A stretch of 20,308 nt of DNA from a bacterium (GTDB lineage Bacteria; Muiribacteriota; UBA6191), in assembly GCA_036339875.1 (NCBI GenBank), contig JAYZAC010000113.1, positions 1-20,308 of the forward strand. Direction: 5' to 3'. The notes below the pieces were generated by a model. It ran no database searches, was not told where the DNA came from, and saw only the letters and a program-made list of their open reading frames with translations. The translations under genes and the position numbers were made by a program. The first letter of the stretch is position 1. Every line of letters starts with the position of its first letter. Shown one piece after another: positions 8,667 to 16,700 of this stretch.

Positions 8667-9923
8667 ATGAAAAACTTGATTCGTAAAACACTAGGGTGCA
8701 CTGTTTTTGTAGCATTAATTGCCAGTTCGTATGCCAATTATCAGCAGCAAGGTTACAATTATGGGAACAGTTATACCCATGGTACATATGGCTATGGTCA
8801 AGGTTATCAGGGGAGTTCTTACCAAAGCTCTTATTACGGACAAGGATACGGTAATTATACCCAAGGTTATCAAGGTTATTATGGTGGCGGTTACCAATCT
8901 GGTATGGGTAATGCCTTTTCTTACGTAGACAATAATTGGATTGAGGATCAGTTACGTTTTGCGGTTACGGACGTCAACCAGAACCGTCCTTATGCAGCAA
9001 TGCAGAAGCTTAATTCGCTCTCTTCTTACGTTCAAGGCTTCGGTGATAGTCAGCTTTACCGCAGAATACAGCTAGCTATTCGTCTTGGATATAAATCGTC
9101 TCTGAAACAAGAAGTTCAAACGCTATATGATCAGTGGAGAGCAGGAGGTATGCGGCTCGGGTGGGAATCTGGTGCGAATCAGTCCTACAATGGTCAAGAT
9201 GATATTAGCGAAGAGTACATCATTAACCAACTAAACTTGGTTATTGCGGACATCAATAGCAGAAATCAAAATCGAGGAAAACAGCGTTTGCAGGGTTTGC
9301 AGTCTGCGATACCTCCGATGGGTAATGATCGATTGGTACGCCGAGTATATTATGCGGCGACGGTCAACCGACCGTCCCAAATGAAAGCGGAAGTGGAGAA
9401 CTTAATACAGGAGATTAGTAGTGGGAGTATAGTTCTCAATGATACAGAGAATAATCCATACAATTATTATTATGGGTATGGAACAACCAATCCGTATAAT
9501 CTTCCTGACCAAGGTTATCCAGGTGGAGGCTATAACCCATTACCAATGCCTTACGACAACGGGAGTGGTTTTCCAGGTGGTGGTTCAAGATACGATATGG
9601 GTTATGGGCAGCCAACAAATGAGCTACCTCAGGTGCCTGGTCCGGGAACAATTAATTATCCTGGAGGGTATAATGTAATTCCTCCGGTGACGGAATTGCC
9701 ACTTCCCGTAGATCCTCCAATTACTCAACCAAATCCGGTAAGTCCACAGCCAACTCCGGCAGCACCTGCTATAAGTCTGGAACAGTTGAAAGCTAACGTT
9801 TCATCTGCCTACACTAATTTGAAGCAATCTATAACGGCCGGAGATAGAGATCAAATCCAGAAAGCTACGGACGCTTACAAAGCAGCTCAAACTTCCTACG
9901 AAGCCGCAAAATCAGGTCAGTAA
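8667..9923 (+). CDS. Hypothetical secreted protein: signal peptide, G/Y/Q low-complexity region, two 78-aa repeats, Y/G/P- and P-rich linker, C-terminal helical hairpin
   Basis: 418-aa ORF with AGGGG RBS, Sec-type signal MKNLIRKTLGCTVFVALIASSYA, a visible internal duplication and a downstream terminator. Confidence 0.88.
   Translation: MKNLIRKTLGCTVFVALIASSYANYQQQGYNYGNSYTHGTYGYGQGYQGSSYQSSYYGQGYGNYTQGYQGYYGGGYQSGMGNAFSYVDNNWIEDQLRFAVTDVNQNRPYAAMQKLNSLSSYVQGFGDSQLYRRIQLAIRLGYKSSLKQEVQTLYDQWRAGGMRLGWESGANQSYNGQDDISEEYIINQLNLVIADINSRNQNRGKQRLQGLQSAIPPMGNDRLVRRVYYAATVNRPSQMKAEVENLIQEISSGSIVLNDTENNPYNYYYGYGTTNPYNLPDQGYPGGGYNPLPMPYDNGSGFPGGGSRYDMGYGQPTNELPQVPGPGTINYPGGYNVIPPVTELPLPVDPPITQPNPVSPQPTPAAPAISLEQLKANVSSAYTNLKQSITAGDRDQIQKATDAYKAAQTSYEAAKSGQ
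8925..9437 (+). repeat. Protein-level tandem duplication (aa 87-164 and 180-257) within the 8667 gene
   Basis: Gapless manual alignment of 78 aa with 21 identities and a conserved hydrophobic register; units at 8925-9158 and 9204-9437. Confidence 0.8.
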
Positions 9924-9942
9924 TCTTAAAATAGATATATGT

Positions 9943-9977
9943 GATACCAAGGTCTCGGGCCTTGGTATTTTCATTTT
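9943..9977 (+). terminator. Rho-independent terminator after the 8667 gene
   Basis: Stem ATACCAAGGTC / GGCCTTGGTAT (one G:U pair) with a short loop, followed by TTTCATTTT. Confidence 0.85.
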
Positions 9978-10016
9978 AAAGACGACTTGTTTGAGTTAAG
10001 TTAGTAGACTGTATCA

Positions 10017-10697
10017 ATGTCTAACCAACTTTTTAGGATATCTATCCAACTTTGGATCCGTTTATTCAGTTTGATAGCATTCAGCTGCTTATTTTCAAAG
10101 CATGTACTTCAGATCCCAAACTATTTCATAAGTTCTCAAGAAATAATAGGATTTATTCTTTGGTTTCTTGAGGCCAGTATCTTAGGTGGCTATTGTGCTG
10201 CTTACATGCTTAGAAATCCTGCAACATCCACAGCTTCTGGCTTCAATGAGTTAATCTATCCTTTTATTCCAGCAGGTCTTCCATTTTTATTCTTTTTAAA
10301 TATTGATCTAAGTCTTCCGTTGCAATTGACAAAAATCTTTGGTCCTGCACCTATAACAGCACCCCAGTTACTTTGGCCTTGTATATTTTTAATTGCTATT
10401 GGAAATTTAATATCAAGTATTGCATTATGGACACTGCGCTCAAATTTTAGTATCGCCACTGAATGTAGAAATATAGTTATGCATGGTGTTTATAAATACA
10501 TATCTCATCCAATGTATTTTGGTCAGTTCATAACTTTTCTTGGAGTCATGCTCATACGAATTACACCCCAAAAGTTAGCTCTTTACGTCGTGTTTGTCGC
10601 TCTTCAGTGGATTCGTTTAAAAAATGAAGAGAAAAAATTAACACAGAACTTCAAAGATTACGACGAGCACATTAGAGCTTGTTGGATTCGCTTCTAG
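10017..10697 (+). CDS. Isoprenylcysteine carboxyl methyltransferase (ICMT/PEMT)-family integral membrane methyltransferase
   Basis: Multi-TM protein with LRSNFS....RNIVMHGVYKYISHPMYFG and RLKNEEKKL...F.DY.E matching the family motifs. Confidence 0.85.
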   Translation: MSNQLFRISIQLWIRLFSLIAFSCLFSKHVLQIPNYFISSQEIIGFILWFLEASILGGYCAAYMLRNPATSTASGFNELIYPFIPAGLPFLFFLNIDLSLPLQLTKIFGPAPITAPQLLWPCIFLIAIGNLISSIALWTLRSNFSIATECRNIVMHGVYKYISHPMYFGQFITFLGVMLIRITPQKLALYVVFVALQWIRLKNEEKKLTQNFKDYDEHIRACWIRF

Positions 10698-10753
10698 TTT
10701 TTAGGAAGTTAGTCCTACAATTTTTGTAAAAGTGAAGTATTAGGTAGGTCATA

Positions 10754-11851
10754 ATGGCTAATATATTTTTTGGTAGAGGTAAAAAGAAGACATTAGTGGT
10801 TGAATCTTCTGATATGGGCTTAAGAGCTTTGAGTTTGGAGGTGACCGAAGAAAGTATAACGATAGAAAAATCATTTTTTTCGGCATGGTCTCTGTTTCTA
10901 TCACAGACTGAAGACGACTTCACAGCTAACTTAGATACTGTTATGAAATCCCTAACAAGTTACTGTTCACCTAAAGAGTATGCAGTGGTTTATTGTTGTG
11001 GAGATTCAAGTAATTGGAATCAATGGACTCAGACTGGGGTTATTGAGGATGAGGAAGAGCTCGAGGAATATTTATTAGCGAAAAAAATTATGCGTGATCA
11101 GGATGTATGGATTTCTGAGGCATCGATATTGGGTCCAAGTATTTCTGAAGAAAAAGAATCTCAGGATGTTATGGTTCAGATGATCAGATCTCAAGTGGCG
11201 CAATTAGCTATGGATACAATAGAAGAAGCTGGTTATGAATTAGAAGCTATTGAATTTTTACCAAACACATTTAGCTCTTTTTATGATTATTATTGCGAAG
11301 AAGGTAGAACAAACACCGATGCTCTAATATCGATAGGCTGGGAAACAAGTGTATTAAATATATTTCATGAGAATCAAGTTAGATTTAGTTATTGCCTAAA
11401 TTTTCGTTTAAGTGACTATGTGATTTTGATAATGCAAAAAATGCAATTGGATGAAACTAGCGCGATGCAAATAGTTTATGGGGAACTTTTCGAAGTCGTG
11501 ATCAATGGTTCTGATAGTCAAAGTAACATCATGCCTCAAATTATAGATGAGGTAAGAGTAGAGTTAAATTGTCTTATAGATGAGATTCAAAGAGCTTTTG
11601 CGTTTTATATTACGAAAGTAGTTGAATGGAAGATAGAAAATATAGAAAGAATAATTTTTATGGGAATCGAGTTAAGAATTGAACCGATTTATGAATATCT
11701 CAAATCGCAACTCCGAATTCCGACAGTTAAGATAGATCCCATGAATAATGTAGAGTATTCCGTCGAGGCGGCTTCGAGAATAGAGAATGATAATTCTAAA
11801 GATATTTTAGCTACAAGTTTCGGCTTAGCTTTGCGATATGTAAGTAGTTAA
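10754..11851 (+). CDS. pilM: Divergent type IV pilus assembly protein PilM-like (actin/FtsA fold)
   Basis: ALISIGWETSVLNIFHENQVRFS, LIDEIQRAFAFY, IERIIFMG, YLKSQLRIPTVKIDP, LATSFGLALR match PilM segments; first gene of a cluster ending in a secretin. Confidence 0.78.
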   Translation: MANIFFGRGKKKTLVVESSDMGLRALSLEVTEESITIEKSFFSAWSLFLSQTEDDFTANLDTVMKSLTSYCSPKEYAVVYCCGDSSNWNQWTQTGVIEDEEELEEYLLAKKIMRDQDVWISEASILGPSISEEKESQDVMVQMIRSQVAQLAMDTIEEAGYELEAIEFLPNTFSSFYDYYCEEGRTNTDALISIGWETSVLNIFHENQVRFSYCLNFRLSDYVILIMQKMQLDETSAMQIVYGELFEVVINGSDSQSNIMPQIIDEVRVELNCLIDEIQRAFAFYITKVVEWKIENIERIIFMGIELRIEPIYEYLKSQLRIPTVKIDPMNNVEYSVEAASRIENDNSKDILATSFGLALRYVSS

Positions 11852-11865
11852 GCCAGGAGAATTAA

Positions 11866-12594
11866 ATGGCAAAGAAGTTAGGTAAAAAAAATAAGAAAAA
11901 AGGTTTAGATACCCGTGATTTTGCGGTCATTGGTGGTTATCTAATTTTCTTTTTAATCATTGGTTTTCTCTATGCACAGGCCTCAAGTGGTAATAAAGAG
12001 GTAAAGAAATTAGAGAAACGCGAAGCAGAGGTAAAGAAGAATTTTAGTAGAGCTAAACTAGCTAGTAAAGATATAGCTAAGCGTAAAAAGAAATTAAAGA
12101 TCGAATTAGATGCTTCTGAATCTAAATATAAGAGGGAAGAAGAAGAATATACTTTTGTAGTTGGGACATCTTTAGAATATGCGAAAAAGAATAAATTAAT
12201 GATGGCAGTATGGGAGTCTATCGACAAAGTTAGAAGTGTTGCCTTGCGATATATTTCTGTTGAAAAAAATAACGTTAAGCTTGAGCTTTTTACTCAGTCG
12301 GATGTTTTTTTGACTGAGTTCATGAGTGAGCTAAATAAGCGAAAAGATTTGATTCAAACAATTCAAATCACTGAAACTAAGACAGAAAAAGTTGGGAAGA
12401 AAAAGGATAAAGAAGCCTTAGTAGGTTATGTAAATATAATAGCAAAGAGGCCAGGTGGAGCCTCTATTATTGCTCCTAGTAAAAATATACAGAAGAGTAT
12501 TCCGAATTCAAAAAAATTGAATGAATCAGAAAAATCGGTCAGAGGTCAAAAATCGAGAGCTAATTCTACGAGAAGCTCAAGAGCACCACGTTAA
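11866..12594 (+). CDS. PilN-like bitopic inner-membrane protein
   Basis: AGGAG RBS; basic N-terminus, one TM, coiled coil, then a ferredoxin-like alpha/beta pattern (VALRYISVEKNNVKLELF....FLTEFMSEL); lies between pilM and a pilO-like gene. Confidence 0.6.
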   Translation: MAKKLGKKNKKKGLDTRDFAVIGGYLIFFLIIGFLYAQASSGNKEVKKLEKREAEVKKNFSRAKLASKDIAKRKKKLKIELDASESKYKREEEEYTFVVGTSLEYAKKNKLMMAVWESIDKVRSVALRYISVEKNNVKLELFTQSDVFLTEFMSELNKRKDLIQTIQITETKTEKVGKKKDKEALVGYVNIIAKRPGGASIIAPSKNIQKSIPNSKKLNESEKSVRGQKSRANSTRSSRAPR

Positions 12595-12609
12595 TGGAGG
12601 AGGTTAGAA

Positions 12610-13620
12610 ATGTTTAAGGCACTACGTATCAAAGAAATCATTTTATTAGCCTTGTTCGTCATTTTCGTTCCTTCATATGCTTTTTATCAAAGAGTAATAG
12701 CCCCTCGTTTTGGCTCAGCAAAAATAAAAACGTTGAAACGTAAAATTGTAAAGAATGAGAAAAAGTTAAAGGAAGAGCAGAAGAGTAATAAACAAGTTAC
12801 TCGAGAATTAGAATCAATGAAACAGAAGATGAAACTGAACAATGAGCGTATAGCTAGAATGAGAAAAGAAGCTGACGAATTTCAAACCTACCTACTCAGT
12901 GATCGTTATGAAGTTGAGTTATATCAGTTTCTTTTTGGACGTGATGCCAGATATTCTGTAATTGGTTTAGGAAATAATCCCAAGCGCAATCCTAAGGGAA
13001 AGTACACGGAACTCGTCTATAGTTACCGCTGTAAAGGTAAATATGCTGACATGGTTCGTCTAGTTAAAAAAATTGAAAACGTATCTAGGTCACTCTCCAT
13101 ATCGAAACTGGAACTCAAAAAGCCAAAGCAAAAGCCTAATGAGGAGGTCAAGGAGACTGGTGAGGTTGAAGCTGAAATGAAAATTCATGCAATATTTTGG
13201 TCGGATGAGGCTGCCCTAAGTTTTGAGGAGTTCAAAAAAAATGAGCCCGATTTAAATATTCGTAAGATTGATGGTGACCCTTGGAATGCAAATTTTGGTG
13301 AAGTACAACGTAGGTCAGAGGGACCTACAGGACCTGTCAAAAAACTTTTTTTGGAATCTATTATGTATTTGAAGGAGCCTAGTCGTAGATCGGTTAAATT
13401 TGCAGGTGATTCCTCATGGTATCGTATTGGCGACGAATTCATGATTGAGGCTCGAAAAACCTCGACGATGGTTAGGCTTCTAGCTATAGGTGGTCGCTAC
13501 GTTGTATTGAAGCATCTGAATAAAAATCAGGTATTTAAGATTTCCCTGGCTGTTGCCGAAGCAGAGACCAGTAAAGAACAGACAAATCGCAAAGAATTAA
13601 TGCAAGGTATTGATTTGTAA
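12610..13620 (+). CDS. PilO-like protein with fused C-terminal PilP/GspC-HR-like domain
   Basis: GGAGG RBS; TM plus coiled coil; PilO signature YTELVYSYRCKGKYADMVRLVKKIENVSRSLSISKLEL; then DPW and LFLESIMY...YRIGDEF...VRLLAIGGRYVVLK. Confidence 0.68.
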   Translation: MFKALRIKEIILLALFVIFVPSYAFYQRVIAPRFGSAKIKTLKRKIVKNEKKLKEEQKSNKQVTRELESMKQKMKLNNERIARMRKEADEFQTYLLSDRYEVELYQFLFGRDARYSVIGLGNNPKRNPKGKYTELVYSYRCKGKYADMVRLVKKIENVSRSLSISKLELKKPKQKPNEEVKETGEVEAEMKIHAIFWSDEAALSFEEFKKNEPDLNIRKIDGDPWNANFGEVQRRSEGPTGPVKKLFLESIMYLKEPSRRSVKFAGDSSWYRIGDEFMIEARKTSTMVRLLAIGGRYVVLKHLNKNQVFKISLAVAEAETSKEQTNRKELMQGIDL

Positions 13621-13682
13621 TTTATTAGAGCTAATTGTTTAATTGCGATTCTGCTACTCCAATACAGTCTATCAAAACTCAT

Positions 13683-13709
13683 TAAAATTAACTGATTTTT
13701 GTCCGATAA
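13683..13709 (+). promoter_or_regulatory. Candidate sigma28 (FliA/SigD/WhiG-type) promoter upstream of the secretin gene
   Basis: TAAA (13683-13686), exactly 15-nt spacer, TCCGATAA (13702-13709), versus consensus TAAA-N15-GCCGATAA. Confidence 0.6.
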
Positions 13710-13777
13710 CTCCCTGGAACACTGAATTTTAAGGTTCGAAATATAGGCATTAAGTCCGTATATCCACGGGAGTGGGC

Positions 13778-16700
13778 ATGGTTCATTTATATAGAAGTAT
13801 GGCATGGTTATTGATTTTTACTATGCTTTTTCATAGCGTATCTGAGGTGAATTTTGTATTTGCTGAGGATGCTCCTTCTGCGTCAAGTTCTGCCGATGGA
13901 GAGCAGAAGCGAAGAAGGAGACGTGTACGTTCCCAAGCTAATAACAGTGTGGAGAAGGTCGCAACACAGGCTACTAATAATGTTGCAAATCAGAGTTCCG
14001 GCGAAGCATCAAAGGATGTAGCTAAAGTCGATGAAGAAGGTAGGAAATTTTTAACTACTTTAGGTAGTGAAGACATTTTTGGAAATGAAGCTAAACGAGC
14101 TAAATCTAAGAAAGCTTATTCAGATCTTGCGAAGCAAAAAGACTTATACAATGATGATTTGGACGTTTTAGGTCCAGATGATGCATCGCCTGTTCTTGCA
14201 GATTCTGTATTCGGAATTAAGGGGAAACAGCGCATTAACCTTATTGCTGATGATATTGAAGTCAAAGTATTGATGGATCGTTTAGCTTCCGAGTTTAAAT
14301 TAAATATTGTATCTAAAGCTGTTGCAGGTCGACAAAAGATGAAGGCATCTCTTTATGATTTACCTTTAGAAACAGTCTTTCAGGTTCTTCTTGAACAAGC
14401 AAATTTAACTTATGAAAAACGCTCAGGGATAGTTTATTTGCAGGAACGAGGTAAAGGGCAGGATTCATTTCTTACCGAAAGATTCTTTAAGTTAAAGGAA
14501 TATGCAGACTTTAATTTTGCAAATGATTTGATTACCAACATCGCCACTACCAAAGGTAATAAGATTATAAAAAATACTCAGAAGAAAACTATTTTTGTGT
14601 CAGAGTATCAACGTAATTTGGATAAGATTGAAAAAGTACTTGGTGAGTTGGGTTATCTAGATGATATCGATCCAGATAGTTCCACATTTTATTATCATTA
14701 TTTAGGTTTTAACTATGTTGATGATTCGGTAGTTAAGGATATTGTTGATAAATACAAAAGTAAGGATGGTAAATCCTCTTATGATGCCAAATCAAATCGG
14801 TATCTAGTATTTGATACTCGCGGTCGTTTTGAAAAGATGAAGAAAGCGTTGACTTTTGTAGACGTTCCTCGAGGGCAAGTATTTATAGATGTAATTTTTG
14901 TTGATTTGACGGAAAATGACTCAAAACGTCTTGGGATGAATACTACATTTGATTGGAATCCGAATAGTCCTGATAATGCGGATCAATTAGTTACAACTCT
15001 GGCGACTGATGTAACAAATTTCTTTAACTACAAACAGCCAACCCACATTACTAGTATCCGTGCAACGGGAATAAAGGAACATAGCAATTCTAACATTATA
15101 AATAATCCAAGACTGATGGTATTAAATAATGAGAAAGCCGTTATTGACGTTACAGAGAAATTCCCATATGTAATTAATGAGAATAACAATGGTGTAATTT
15201 CTTCGAAGATTCAAAATCAAGACATTGGAGTCAAATTAGATGTAAATCATAGGATAAATTCTAATCGTGAGGTTCAATTAGCTGTTAAGCCAACTATAAC
15301 AGTATTAAAAGAAGTTAAAAATATTGTTACATCAGTAGTAGATACCAATCAGGCTAATGCCCGTGTAACTGAAACGTCTTCAGAATTTCCAATAACTGAC
15401 GAACGTAGCATTGACACCCAGGTTGTAGTACCTTCAGGTAGAACTTTGGTAATTGGAGGTCTTATAAAGGAAACGGATAGAAAAAGTGCTGATCAAATTC
15501 CTGGCTTGGGTAGATTACCGATCTTCGGACCTTTATTTCGTCGTAAGACAAGTGGAGAAGAAAAGTCTCAATTATATATTTTTATAACACCGACTATTGT
15601 TCGTAACGCTCCAGAATCAAGTACTTATAATGCGGTGGCAGGGGATGAACGTCTAGCTTTTTTTCCATCAGGTAAGACAAGTACTCCAAGTTCATCAAAC
15701 GGTCAATTGGTATTAGAGCGCTCGAAGACGGGTTCGAAGAAGGGTAAAATTCAACGATTGGAAGTTGTAAGATCTCAAGCTAACACAACTGTAGAAAATA
15801 AGGGTTCTACTAATAATCTTGTAGCTGAAGGTAGAGATTCTGGAAAAGTTGATTTTAGTAAATTTATCAAGAAGATCGCTGCTCTTAAACAAAAAGATCG
15901 AGTTGAAAAATTACAAGTTCAAGAGAAAAAAATAATTAAAGAGCGTAAGGAAAAGGGATTCGAGAACCTTATAGATCAGTTAAAAGTGGATATCCGTGAA
16001 GAAGCTAAGCAATATGAGGAAGCAGTTGATGATCAAATAACGGATCCTCGTAAAACTGAAAATTCTAATTCAGAGAAATCAATTACAAAGAATCAGCATG
16101 TTCAGAATTCTAAAGAGAAGGCTATTGCGGACAAGGTAATAGGTCAGCGGGCATCTCGTATCGCACGATTGTTAGAGCTTTGGGAAAAACAGCCCATAGA
16201 AGGAATAATGACTGGTGAGGATGTTAGAAGAGAGCGTGAAAAAGAGCGTAAAGCTGCAGAAGAGGATAAGAAAAGAAATAGAATAGCTGCTCAAGAGTTA
16301 CAAGAAATTTCAGAGACAAAATTAGAATCTGAAACGAAAGAACCAACTAAAATAGAAGAATCTAAGGAGGTTGTCGCCCCAGTCGTTGAGCAAGCAATTA
16401 CAATGGAATTGTTGTCTCCATTAGGTGCACCTAGTAATAAGAGCGAAAAATTAATTGAAGTAGGGGGCTTCAAGACAGGAGATATTGAGAATAATAAAAA
16501 AGCTAAAGAGTCGAGGTCCAAAAAGAGCCGAACTAAGAAAAATAAGGCTAAGGATAGAAAGAGTAGAAAAAAGAATCCTAGAAAAACCTCTTTTTTGAGA
16601 GAGTCTTATGAACTAAATGTAGCAAAATTAAAGCAAGGTTCGACGGACTCAAATGTAATAGTTAAACCTTCTAACAACATGGACTCATCACTTGATATTA

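Noticed and set aside
8542..9678. Short overlapping ORFs (8542-8787, 8715-8897, 8719-8928, 9436-9651, 9439-9678)
   Set aside because: Alternative-frame shadows of the low-complexity 8667 gene, with no recognisable motifs.
8465..10697. Genomic island integrated at the tRNA cluster
   Set aside because: No integrase or transposase, and I saw no duplicated tRNA 3' end in the window.
13904..13930. RRRRR as a twin-arginine (Tat) signal
   Set aside because: It lies after the predicted Sec cleavage site and is not followed by a hydrophobic region.
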